A model generated the notes under the pieces. It searched no databases. It had not been told where the DNA came from and saw nothing but the letters and a program-made list of their open reading frames with translations. Shown in pieces: positions 12,901 through 25,792 of a stretch of DNA of 64,000 nucleotides. Position numbers and translations under genes: made by a program. Each line of letters begins with the position of its first letter. Within the stretch, counting starts at the first letter, position 1. Location: contig RBZT01000657.1 in assembly GCA_003693705.1 (NCBI GenBank), positions 95,252-159,251 on the forward strand. The letters are read 5' to 3'. This stretch comes from Polymyxa betae A26-41 (Eukaryota; Protista; Endomyxa: Phytomyxea).

Positions 12901-14185
12901 ATGCAAGCTGTTAATGCTTCTGATTATGCAATTGCTCAATTCCGATATTTATGTCGATTAACGTTGGTTCATGGAAACTGGAGCTATCTACGAGTTAGTA
13001 AGGTGTGCGACGTCAATCTCTCATATGATGAATGTCTCATTGATGTATAACGAATAGGTGGTATTGTACAGCTTCTACAAAAATATCAGCAATGTGTTCA
13101 CACTATTCTTTTACTGCTTTTACAATGGTTATTCGGGTGCATCGCTCTATGAATCATGGTTACAAGCTGGATGGAATGTATGCTGGACATTCCTACCTGT
13201 TGTTATATATGGAATTACAGACAAAGATTTGCATTCAACAACAATTAGGACACATCCTCATGTCTATACTCGAGGCCAACGTCATGTTCTCTTCAATCTT
13301 AAGACCATGGCTGAATGGGTCGCCGTAGCCATTGTTCATGCTCTAATCGTATTCGGTTTGGCTGTGAGCTCGTTGAGCGGAGAGATCTCGAGCTCCGATG
13401 GAACTACCGAGGGAATGGTGTCTATAGGAACAATCGTCAATGGCTGCATGGTCATTTTAGTCAACTTCAAGATGCTTCTTGAATCAAAGCACTGGACATC
13501 ATATACGGTCGCTTCTGTTGCTTTCAGTATCGGATTCTGGTTTGCTTTCATAGCCGTATACTCGTATATGCTGACGATCAGTTTTGATTTTTTCGGCGTT
13601 GGTATGAATATATACAGTACCATATTGCCTTGGCTTGTAATATTCCTGGCTCCGACTGCTGCTATTATGTTCGATCTAGCTGTTATGTACATACGAGATA
13701 TGTATTTCCCCAATCCAATTGTTATTGCCAATGAGGTACAGAATATGGTTGGAATATTTGATGAAGACCAATCGTACTCGGACCACGAGCATGTTCTGCA
13801 GCCTCGACCATCGTATGTAGCAGCACCTGTCTTAACGCCAACGACGTCAGCGCTTAAGAAGCTGCCTGCCAAAGAAAAACCAGAAAAAACGCAAAAAGAA
13901 CCTGAAAAAAAAGTTGGAAAACCCAGCAGTAAACCTGTCGAATCCAACAGGTCACGATCGCAGCAGAGTGATAAATCTGCAACATCCGAGAAATCTAATA
14001 AGACATCCAACAAAAAATCCAAACCCAAGAATAACGAAAGTAAGCACTCAAACACGCCAGAGAGAAGTCGAAGTGTGGAAAAACCTTCAAAGAACCAGAA
14101 GCGGGTAAAACCAAGGGACAACAGCTCTAAAGATCCTACACAACGTTATAGGCCGTCATCACCATCCGATGACGCTGGTACATAG
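9932..14185 (+). CDS. P4-type ATPase phospholipid flippase (ATP8A/Drs2-like), multi-exon
   Basis: [12 protein letters not shown] phosphorylation site, [35 protein letters not shown]. Confidence 0.95.
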
Positions 14186-14296
14186 CATTATACCATACAG
14201 GAATAAATTAGCATACGATAGGTCAAATGTTCATCAAACTTTGGATTAATTTTAATTGAATCGACCATGGGTTAATGTGGCGTTGTGTCTGAGAAC

Positions 14297-16206
14297 TTAT
14301 TGGTTAGGATTGGCGACATTCAGGACGACACCTTTCCTAATAGTACCCCAGCCAATCAGACGCCAATGTTTGTCAACTCGCCTGCTGATAGCGAGTTTCT
14401 CGCCTTCTAATGTACAGACAGGTTGGGTTAAACCGATCTTGGCCAAGTCGTTCTTGATAGCGAGAACGGTGCCGCCTACCGATGTCGACCCGATATTGAC
14501 CATGATGATCTCACCCTTGGTCAGCTTCTTCACCTTTCCCTGCTTCTTCTTGTCTGCCGAAGCATCCGTTAACTTGATACCCAGCAGACGACGCAGCAGG
14601 AAGAAGGAAATTTCCAAGCCGGTGAAGATGTTCGGTAGCTTCCCGACCTCACCTAAACGAATAACATTAGGGCCAGTACAACCACCCCGGGCCTGTACGG
14701 CGACGAACCGAGAACTTGCCCGACCAACCGATCAGCCCGAGTCAAGGTCGGGTCAATCTTCGTGCCGACTCCGATTAAACCACCGGGAACAGCATACTGA
14801 AGTTCGTTATGCTCAGCGAATAGCGAGATGATGCGGCTGTAGATGGGCGAGCACATCACAGCGCCATCTTTATCCTTGGTTACAATACCAGGACGGACCT
14901 CGATCTCGTGTCCAACACGAAGAACGCCCTGCAATAAAGAACCACCTGCGACCCCGCCACGAAGTCCATGAACCTCTTCACCTGGCTTATTGACATCGAA
15001 CGAACGAATGACAATCAGCCGGGCAGTCGACGTAAAATCACGAACTGGAATCGGAATTTTGTTCACCTAACAGAGCTATTAAGCGATCATGGCAAAACAG
15101 GTTTAACGAAACGTACGATGTGTTCACAGATAAGATCGATATTATATCGCAGCTGAGCACTAATTGGAATGATGGGTGCTGAATCAGCACACGATCCTTG
15201 AATGAAACCGCGAATCTCATCAAATTGAGCGGCAGCTTCAGCCTCCTTCACCAGATCGATCTTGTTCTGTAAAATAATGATATTCTTTAATTTCATGATC
15301 TCAACGGCCGCAAGATGCTCTAAAGTTTGCGGCTGAGGGCACGGTTCGTTGCCTTTATCAATGTCACAAAATCGAAAGCAGAATCGGAATTAAGGACAAC
15401 CTGATATGAGCAATAATGCAGCGTCCATGACAGCTGCACCGTTTAACATGGTGGCCATGAGAATATCGTGACCAGGACAGTCAACGAATGAGACATGACG
15501 AACAAGGGTCAGACGACCACCACATCCCAGCGGGCAGATTGGGCGATCTTCCTTTGATGAACCATACGAGACATAGCGCTCAGGACGGGGCTGAATGTTT
15601 CAACATCATTCGAAGAGAAGCAAGATTGGAGATTACGACACGTACACATCCATTCTGGCATTCGTAGATCTTAGCATTAGCATAACCAAGCTTAATGGTA
15701 ATGTTACGCTCCAATTCGGTCTTAAAACGAACTGTCTGCACGCCTGCCAGAATAAGTCAAACGACCGCCAAAGAATAAGTTCAAACTAAGTTTGTTAACA
15801 GAAGAAACTGCCGAAATGAGAAACAGAAGAGATCTGAAGCGAGACCTGAGATGGCCTTGACAACAGTGGATTTTCCATGAGCGACATGACCAATGGTCCC
15901 AATATTGATCGTGGCCTGACGAGATATAACCTCTGGGCTGAGAGGTGTTAACTTCGACGGATCCAGTGTCTATAATACACTGATTAGGAATGGATGCAGA
16001 ATGGTGTTAGTAATGGGACATCATACCGCCAGATCCTGCTTAGCAAGGCCATGGGTCTGCTCACTTTGACCAGCACCAGTCAGGTCATTAGCAGAGCTAC
16101 CTTGAGCACGACCCTCGCTGAGGTCGGCCCCGGCCAGCGGAACGCGATCGCCCGATGCGCTGGTGACTTCTTCAGCGAATCGGACGCCCTTCTCTGGAGC
16201 CGACAT
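14297..16206 (-). CDS. EIF2S3: Translation initiation factor eIF2 gamma subunit, multi-exon
   Basis: [62 protein letters not shown]. Confidence 0.96.
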
Positions 16207-16485
16207 TATCGTTAGATGCTGAAGCAACAAAGACACAAAGCGGCGGACTCCGTCACGGACCACAACTTTTCAAATTTCCATTTGTCTCCATCATAATCAT
16301 CCCTGGGGCTCACAAATTTTCTTCGTACTCGTTTCAGTTAAGTCTGAATTCCGACTTGCTTTCGTGAATACGCTTTCAGCAGGTAATTAAGCAAATAATT
16401 CGGAAAATTTTCAAAATAAAGTGATTAATGTGCCTGATTGATGGAAGTTGTTATTTCTTGACCTTGAAGTCATTTGCGATTTTAG

Positions 16486-17716
16486 ATGTTGGGAGATATG
16501 GGCGCGCTAGAGACGACAAATTTAGGCTTGCAGCTCGGCGACAATGACAGATTTATGGCCTGGCTGAAGGCACAGGCCGCTGAATTGGCCATTCCTCGCG
16601 ATTACTCTTCGTCGGCTGATCATTGTCCAGATCTAAGGGTGCTCTTTATTTCTTTGATGCCATATGAGTTCGCTCGTTTTAAGGTAGAATCATTGAGTAT
16701 TGTAGTCCTGGTTGTGATATGATATCCTACAGAGAGATGTTGTCAAATTGCTTAGCGAATTTTCTGGGTTCCGAACAGATACGATCCAGGCGTTTAGAAC
16801 GCGGTTGTTATTTGCCAAATTAAAAATTGCTGAAATGAGCAATGGCGCGCTGGATGAGCTCTCTGGGTTTTTCGGCATCGATCCTGAAGATGATAAAGTC
16901 GAACAGATCGATAAGTTTGTGAATTTGATCGCGCGTCCCGAGAACACGGGATTATCAGTGGACAAACAGAGTTTGCTGCTGAAGCTATCCAGAGTGGAGA
17001 ACATGAAGATTCCTGGCACTCGTAGAAATCTCAATCTGCCTAAATCTTCTTCGGGCTATTCTGCCAACACCCCATCACGAAGCACTCAGGCACAAAAGCG
17101 ACGTCCCAATGTAAGCCTTGGTTGTTGTCTGAATCATTAACTCAAACTAGACTGGAATGTTAGAGCGATGAAGAAGAAATGTCGGATAATGCCAATGAGT
17201 CAAATCAAGATAGCGATAGCGAGAACAAACCGAAGCCGAATTCCGCCCAGAAATCAATGAAGCGGGCGAGATCTAACTCTTCTAGAAAAGCTGAAGAACA
17301 TTCAGACTACAGCCCTAATCCGCCTAAGGTTTTTCATTGATCATCTCTTGTAACTAGCCGCTGATAGTGTCTCAGAATAGAAGACCTAGAAGGGAGACTG
17401 ACGATAGCAGGCAAGATCTTTCAAGTACCAACTCCAAGGTATGTTTACAACCCTAAAGTCTTACGTTTAACCGATGTCATGTTGTTCTCAGGACGACAGC
17501 CAAGAAGCCCTAAGCAAAACGGCAGATACGAGTCAGGAAGAGAAAGAAAAGAGACAGCTAAGAAAATCCATTGAAACTTATCTGAGAAGAGCCCAGGAAG
17601 ATGTCACCATGCGCATGGTGAAAGAATACCTTAGGCAGCATTTTGACCGCGAGACTTTAGCTGCTCACAAGGCTTACATCAAAACCACAGTTATGGAGGT
17701 TATAGATAAACTTTAA
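16486..17716 (+). CDS. DEK: DEK-family chromatin protein (pseudo-SAP/SAP core plus DEK_C)
   Basis: LSEFSGF...L..LSGFFGID..DDKVEQIDKFVNLIARP core and C-terminal LRKSIETYL...VTMRMVKEYLRQHF...HKAYIKTTV; start approximate. Confidence 0.75.
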
Positions 17717-17921
17717 ACGGTAAAAAATGTAATTTATCTGCCTATTATCGATCTTTGTGCAAAGCTGTGCTCCAGCACCACCTTTGACGCGTGCCCGAAA
17801 CACGGCACGAGGTCGAAACCGGCGCGAGCCGTTTCGTAACCGATGGGTTGGACCTTGCCCAATTGCCATCTTTGAATTATCGCTCGATTGCGGTCACCTC
17901 TGAATGTCGACTGCAATCGTC

Positions 17922-20470
17922 GATGCATCCAATGTCTCGCAGCCTCGAGCCGGGTTTCGTCGCAGCAGCGCTTCCGAAGCGTTTCCGCCAATCTTGACCG
18001 TGAACTGCGTTCCGGTCGAAAAGCGATCGACAACGACCGCAAAGATTCCCCAGGTTGGATAGAGATGTGTTCAATGTCATCTCAATAGAGAATGACAAAG
18101 AGGGAATCTTCAGGCTCGTGTTGACACATGGAGACGACGTAGCTGTGTGTCTATGTTACCTCGGGTGAGTCGTGGTAAGGGCTGCTTCGCTCCATCTTCA
18201 TCGCCTTCATTGCTTGAAAGGATCGACGTCATTATGCCCAATCTGTGGTGTCAATGGCACTTTTCTACAACATGTTCGGCATCGTCGAGCGTCGGGTAAG
18301 GGTGGATCTAACCTGCAACCCAGTTTGACATTGCTTGGCACTCAGGCGAATCAATCCGTGTGTCGTTGTCGATCTGCCCACCGAACCATAGCAGAAGCAT
18401 AATGAACGACCTGATTCAAGAGTTGAGGATATTCGCAACGGATCGCTTCGGTGTCCTTATTTTTTGTTCATGGCAGGTTTCAGCATACTCTTGTTGATAT
18501 CGGGGATGATTCACCTGCCAATGCTGATTTGGTCTGGGTTAGTCAACCGACAGCGAACTCGCTTCGATCATTCTCCCCTCATCAACGGATGAACGTGTTT
18601 CCTTTCTTGAACCGCATGATGACCAAAGCTAACATTGCCAAACAGCTCAACCTACATCGCAGCCTGTGAGGACAAATAAGATGTGCATATCCACAATAAC
18701 ACTTTGGAAAGGTTTCCGAACGAATTTGATTTTTACCCTGAAACTCTTGAACTTCCTCGCGATCTTCGTGTGTTGCAACGCATCATGAAGCAAGAAAGCG
18801 AATCAGGAACCTGGATTCTAAAGCCGACCAAAGGTCTACAAGGAATTGGAATTGTTTTGGCGAGAACATTCAGTCAAGTAGAGCAAACTATCCAAATGAA
18901 CGACGACAAAGTGTATTCAGTGCAAAGGTACGAAAACCAGAATCCTTCCGTTCCCGGAAATTTACGGTTCGTAGATATATTGATCGGCCAATGCTGCTGC
19001 ACGATGCGAAATGGGATATGAGGATCTACGTGATGCTTGAGTCGCTGAATCCTTTCAGAGCGCACCTATTCAAGGTAGCATATTCCGTTTATGCTGGCAA
19101 GATCACCAACTCATCGAACTCTTAGGATGGATTAGCACGATTTGCGACTGAGAAATACGTTCCACCTCGTGCTGATAACCTAGGGCAATCAATGGTCCAT
19201 CTGACCAACTATTCTTTAAACAAAAAAAGTTATCGATTCCGTATGTTCAAGCAAGGCTCCGTCTCTGAAGAAGAATGTCATAAGAGAACCATTGGGACAA
19301 CTTTGAGGCAACTGCAAGAAGCTGGATATCCCATTGACGTCGAAGTCAGTCTGCTGCAATTTGCGATTATAATTCTGGCTGATTTTAGGCAACAGAGAGT
19401 CTGGGAAGAAGTTGGTGCTATTGTTGCTAAAACATTGGTGGCGATGTGGCCTCAGCTTCAAGATGCACACGCGACATATTTTAAAAAAGTCGGAACTACT
19501 GCCGGGGCATCGTATGACCAAAGTTGCTTTCACATTCTTGGATTTGATATAATGATGGACGCCAAAGGAAAGCTTTGGCTGCTTGAGAGTACGAAAATTT
19601 CTAATCGCTTGTCTCCTCTAACGTTCAGTCCAGTTAATTCTAATCCATCTCTAAACCGCGACTCCGTCGTGGACGCTGTCATCAACGAGCAATTGATGGA
19701 ATCCGCCTTGAAAATCGTTCGCGCCATAGATCCAAAGCAACAACCTACAGAAAAGGTAAAAAGAAATTTGATCAAACAGTGTCATTAAACTGACTCAGCC
19801 AATTCCGACGGCGAAAGCTAGAATGGATCACGATGGCGACGAGACTTCGAGCAATGATGATTCGACTGATGACGATGACAACGACAATGCGTGCTGCAAT
19901 CACAAAATGTCCTCAGGGAGAAGGGCCGTTGTCAACAACGGCGAAAAAGCTTCTCCTGACAGATCCACTTGTGCAGCTCGTCTTCCTCATGTTAAACCCA
20001 TGACCCATATGCCATTATATATCGATCTGGCATATTCTCATCTGATGATGTTCAACCGTCCTATCAAAGATTCCGTCATTAAGGTTGACGAAGGAAATAG
20101 TCGAGTGGCGACAACGCAAACCACATTATGGCGTATTTATGCATCGCACCTTTGGGAGCCAAAGAGAAGCTCGAGAGCTTCAGCTCGTTTACTACATGCT
20201 TTATCACGATTTCAGCCCCCTTCAATGTCTTTTGGTGCTGCAGATGCACATATTATATATGCACAGCTACAGTCGTACAGTACAAATCGAACGTATCCTT
20301 GGCGTCAAGCATTTGAATTCGCCTCTGATTGCCCAGCAATGACATTCTCTATGTTCTGCGAAGCAGTTGCAGTGATATCTCGTCGCTGGTATCCAAGAGA
20401 AACTCCATTAGAAAGTCTTAATGCGTTTCTTGACGTTCCGTCTGAGCGAGCAACGGAAATAAAAATGTAA
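17922..20470 (+). CDS. Tubulin-tyrosine ligase-like (TTLL) polyglutamylase, multi-exon
   Basis: FYPET..LP, WILKP..G.QG.GI, VQRY, KWDMRIYV, HLTNYSLNK, CFHILGFDIM, WLLE(V)NSNPSL; 5' end uncertain. Confidence 0.88.
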
Positions 20471-20552
20471 ATCATTACGTTGTTGACAAAACAATAAACT
20501 AAATGTTTAGATAAGACTATAAACAATGTGTATTTTTCAGCAGATATCAGGT

Positions 20553-22607
20553 TCACTCTTGAAGGAAAGAAGGCGTTTCTCGAACAAGCTGGATGTGATT
20601 TCGGTAACTGAAATAGAAAACAATTGCAAATAGAATCATAGTGATTCCCAACCCCAAAAACGCCAAGAAAAGATTTTCGGCACCCATCCATGGGGCGACG
20701 AATATGCCAAGGATCGAGCCAAATGCATTGGTCAATAAGAACAAAGACATGACCACACTCTTCATTGTTTTTGGTGCTGCAATTAAACCAGTCATTTAAC
20801 GAATATATAACACTGAATACAGCGCTACCTTGGGAATATGACAACTCTAAGGCAGTCACGCTTGCGAAGATTTCGCTGATAGCTGTGAAAAAGTCAATAA
20901 ATTTAGTTGTTAAACGCATCAGCTACCGATAAGAGCGTATGGAGGTATCTGCTGAAACAAAGACGTGCGTCGCGAGTTTGGGATGGTCGGACGAAATTCG
21001 CCATCTTGGAAATACCCTTCTTGATTAATTTGATACTGCAATGCCGCTATAAATGCCAATGAATGATAGTCAGATAAACTTGCTGTCCATCGGTACCGGA
21101 ATAAAACAGTGCAATAGCAGAAAAAACGAATCCGATAGATATCCTAGCGATGAACCCAAGATGAATACCGCGCCTCCAAAGAAAAGGGAACACCACCGAG
21201 TCGAAAAACGGGATCAACAATAAGATACAAAGAGGATCGACAATGTTCAACTGGTCAGCTGTAAGCCAACTCGGAGTTCTCATCTGAAGACCTTGCTGGA
21301 TAAAAGACGTTTGCATTTGATTGTACAGTAGCCAATAAATACTGGATACGAAATGCTGGTTCAAAAACTGCAGCAATCGAATCGAAAACATGACTTACGG
21401 GAAGACAGCGAATATTTTTGAAGCGTGAAGAACATCCTTCAGATCCATGACTAGAGCGATATCCTCTAAGGACGGGGGAGGGTCGGTGCTTGGCCGAAGC
21501 AGCGCTTTATCTAGAAAGGAGCATGGCTGCATTGTGGGCTGATTTCTATTGCGGAACTTCGTGTTGAATCAGTGATAGAGCAGATTAACGACAATGTACA
21601 AACCGCTTGCTTTACAATAGCCAACGAACGAACGAGCATAGAGGCATCTTTTCGATCTCTGTCAGCGTATGTGGGGATTCCGTGAATAAATACCCCAATC
21701 CCGATCATAAATAAAAAGGTTGGAGCCAAAAAAGACATCCAAAACGACGTTCCCTAAGATACAAGGTTAGCACTGCCTTAAAAACTCAAAAAATTGATCT
21801 ACTTGAAAAGCACCAAAACGATCTCTCATCAATGGACCATAATGATGGAGAAAAGGTACTATGAGTTGCCCAAGTAGAGCTCCCGCATTGATGGACCAGT
21901 AGAAGTATCGGAATGCCCTTTCTACATCTTCCGGATTATCGATCTGATCAGCCACGAGAACGCTAACGTTTGATTTGATTCTGATGAAAATGTATGAGTA
22001 CAAAACATAGAAAACTGGCGAATGCATACCCTCCAGTCCCCATTCCTATGAAAAAAAGAGCAGCGAAGAATCCACCAAAAGCAAGCAATGCAGTGGGTTC
22101 ATTTGGATAATTTCCATAAGCAATGGGCAGAGACGATGCTGTCAGCAGCAAAAGCCCACACAGATATGTGCAGGAGAATAGCAGAATCGTTTTCACTTTG
22201 CCGAATGAAGAATCGCCCATATAGCCACCCAAAAGAGCACAAAAGTAACTCCTACAACCAATCAGCATATTGGATTCGCTACCAGAACAAATCCAAAGCA
22301 CCAAGTGAGAAATCCGTTTTGGACGGCGTCCACAGCTTCATATGAGAGGTTCAACATTTGCAACATATCTTAACAAAATTAATGCATAATCTTAACGGCA
22401 TAAAACTGAGCTCCTACATATCGTAAAACACAGCGTCGAGCCATAGAACGCGAATCGTTCACAGAATTCTACGATGATGATTGAGATGGTCGAAGCGGGC
22501 AGACCCAGGATCTTTCCAGTCTCGATCACCTCACCACTCTTGCCGAAATCATCTTGCTCCAGATCAGGATCATGGCCAAGTAATGAAACCCTCTCTTCGT
22601 TCGTCAT
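20553..22607 (-). CDS. POT/PTR proton-dependent oligopeptide transporter
   Basis: EFCERFAFYG (ExxERFxYY-type), GTGG-IKSNVS...DQ, FYWSINAGAL, APKTMKSV. Confidence 0.92.
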
Positions 22608-22864
22608 ATGCCGAAATGGCTGCAAATTGATGTGGGGACAGCGAAATGGGCGGCGTTCCCACTTAGAGCCTTTCCAATAAGTGCGGCTTTGGCCGTTGAA
22701 CGTAAAAGTAACGTTATCGAGCAGCCTCTGACTGTCGATATGAGATCAACTCATCAAGATACAGGTTACACAATTAGGACAGATGAGAGAGGAGACTACT
22801 AAACGATCTTTAAGATTGACCATCACACAGAGGGTCACTAGATGATCCGAAGACTGGCGAGTTT

Positions 22865-23593
22865 TTATGTAATTTCTTGGAGCATGGCTTTTCTGATCAA
22901 CACTTCGACGTCCTGTTTCCGGACGAGATGGGTAGAATTCACGCCCAGCGTAATCGGGCCACTCTCGGTTTGGACAGTTCCACAGGGCTTTAGAACTCGA
23001 ATTTCAGTGTAGAGGGACGTCGGTGGCTCCATGTCAAGATGAAGATCCATGTCAATGACGCTCTGATAGGAGCGGATTACCCGTCCATAGCCTTCTAAGA
23101 ATGACTTTTCATTTTTGCTGACGTTCTCCTCAATTTCATCGGGCAAGCTAAGTCCCACTTTCCACCAATAGTCCTTAAGCTGGTTGATTCTGTAATTTCT
23201 ATTACGAAGATGTTTCTCAGTTCCAGTGATATTTCTTTAGCGAGTCCGGCACTTACAAATACGAGAGGACACAGCGCTTATTATACAGTACACATTGCCA
23301 ATGCACAATTAAACCACAAGCCATTTGCGATTCAGATACTTCGAATTGTGTAGATCTGAAAACGAAAATAAATGGGAATAGATTCTATAATGCAGCGATA
23401 CCTAAGAGTTGCTTCAATCTTGTTGCACAATGTCGTAATTTCTTTGGTAATACGATGGATTACATCTTCCTAGAGACGATTGGCAAGTCTGCAAACCATC
23501 AAGGCACGAAAATCAAATGTTTACTCTATAACCAGGCAGCCATGTCGCTCGATTAAGCTCCTTCACAAGCGCACAGGCATCATCCCCGTACAT
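22865..23593 (-). CDS. GINS1: GINS complex subunit Psf1
   Basis: Hand-read start MYGDDACALVKEL; C-terminal PPTSLYTEIRVLKPCGTVQTESG.I.L..NSTHLVRKQDVEVLI. Confidence 0.9.
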
Positions 23594-24126
23594 ATAGCTG
23601 CCCTGGTTTGTGGTTGGCAACAGACACTAGAGAAACCGTACAAAGTCCACAGATATGACCTCGAAGACGTCGGGACGGGAGGACCGATTTGTATTTAAAA
23701 ATCGCGCAATTGGTCTCTTCGATTTAGTCAGTACAACATTCTGGGTTCAATCTGCTACAGCCTGTAAATCATGTTGCAACTCTATTGTACACTATACAGT
23801 ATTTTTTATTTCGGTATTGGCAGATCCTGATCATTTTCGAAATAAGTTGCAGAACATCTGGGAGGTTTTGGAACACAAGGAATTTGGCCCTTGCCTTTTT
23901 GATAATATGGAAATAACATGGAACGCTGCATTCCTTTAACAGAAGATGTCTTAAGCTTGAAAATGGGAAATGGTCATAGCAAATCGGGCTGATCATCCGT
24001 CGACGGCTCGACCCTCGGCGATTTGTAACGTAACCTGACTGTCTGCATGGCAATAGCAGGTACAGTAGTATATCTTCGCCCTCATTCTCTTGATACTTTC
24101 ATTCACCCGCCCAGTTTATCATTTCT

Positions 24127-25743
24127 ATGACAACTGCTCTAGCTCGCGGGCAGTCGTTCTGCTTCATCTTGACCTTCGCCGCCTATGTCGCTTTGCACGC
24201 CGAGCGAAAATCCTACACCAATGTTAAAGCGGCCATGCTGACTCAATGGGGATTCAGCCAATCATTTCTTGGTGTTTTGGACACCATCTTCATGTTGACT
24301 TATGCTGTGAGTGTTATGCTAGATTACAGCTGAGTACGATATTTACATTCGATATCAGATTGGATTATATGCCAGTGGGGTGGTGGGTGATTCGACATCA
24401 CCAAAATTGGTTCTATTATCAGGTCTCTCCGCCAGTACTATCGTAGTTTTATCGCTGGGCTATGCTTATAATCTCGGTCCAAGGATTCCAACTTACTCCC
24501 TTTTGATGGCTGTCAATGGATTCGTTCAGAGCACTGTCTGGCCTAATGCTGTATCTATAATGGCGTCGTGGTTTCCTGGTACTAATCGGGGTTTTATCTT
24601 GGGACTATGGTCAGCAGGAAACTCTTCTCAAACATCACCTAAAACTAAAACATTTTCAGGTCGGTCAATGCTAACGTCGGAAATTTGACTGGGGGTATAT
24701 TTAATAGCATCTCGGAATCGATGGGCGCTGATATCAGCACCACTCTTCTGATACCTTGCGTCTTCACAGCTATCGTTGTTGTCGCAATCTATCTCTATCT
24801 AGATCCCGAACCAAGCGTAGTGGTTGCAGTCCAGTCTCAACCAGATGAGGAGCACCAATCGCTGGTCAATGATGAACCGGAATTGGACAAAAAAAGGGGG
24901 ATAGGGTTTCTTAATTCATTAATGATTCCTGGTGAGTTTTGCATATCTTGTATATGTTTGTCGTTCATCCGACATAGGTGTGATAGAGTATTCTCTGGCT
25001 TACGCTTGTATAAAGTACTCATGCGTACTATTGTCGTCTCATGATCTGATTACATTGTTCAGGAATGTAAATTACTCTGCAATGTTCTGGATGAGCTTCT
25101 ACCTTAATCAGCAGCTTAATTTCTCGGATGCCGAATCTGCACAACTCTCTGTTTGGTATGATGTTGGTTGCATTTTGGGTGGAATCTTGATCGGTATTTC
25201 ACTGGGGTCGTGCCAATTGAAGTTTCTAATGGCAAAACTGTGTAGGTTTGTTTTCTGATCGATTACAGCTTCGTTGCCTTCCTTGCGTGGTCTCGCTCAT
25301 GTGTGCCTCATGTACTTTGTATATCTTCAGCACAGTGGGAAGGTCCCCCTTTCTGATAATTACAATGCTGCTTTTGAATGGAATCTTCATCAATGGTCCA
25401 TCTGCTTTGATATCGTCCGCTATCTCTGCTGATTTGGGCGCACATCCGACGCTTTCAAAGAACGATGTTGCAATGGGTATTGTCACAACTTTTCTTCTTG
25501 CTTCAGCATCTGAACTTTTATGTAGCAACTGTTGCTGGGATAGTAGATGGGACAGGAGCTCTTGGTACTTCAATTGGACAATATGGGATAGCTGCCCTAA
25601 GCGAGAAGATGGACTGGACCTTCGTCTTCTACATGCTCGCCTGTCTCTGCATCTTTTCATGTCTTCTATTAGGCCGCTTGCTTGCAAATGATGTTTACTT
25701 TCTGAAGACGCGAAGCAATCAAGTTAGCCATAGATCACTCTAG
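24127..25743 (+). CDS. SLC37/GlpT-type sugar-phosphate exchanger (MFS)
   Basis: HAERKSY, GVLDTIFM..YA, QSTVWP....MASWF...RGFILGLWS, GPSALISSAISADLG, GIVDGTGALG. Confidence 0.9.
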
Positions 25744-25792
25744 TGTGTATATATTTGTAATGTATTTTTATAATGTATAAAATTAGAATAGA

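Noticed and set aside
13336-14121. 261-aa antisense ORF (also 4616-5113, 14256-14831, 27447-27986, 56005-56604 and similar)
   Set aside because: Shadow or alternate-frame ORFs overlapping well-supported genes; no independent motifs
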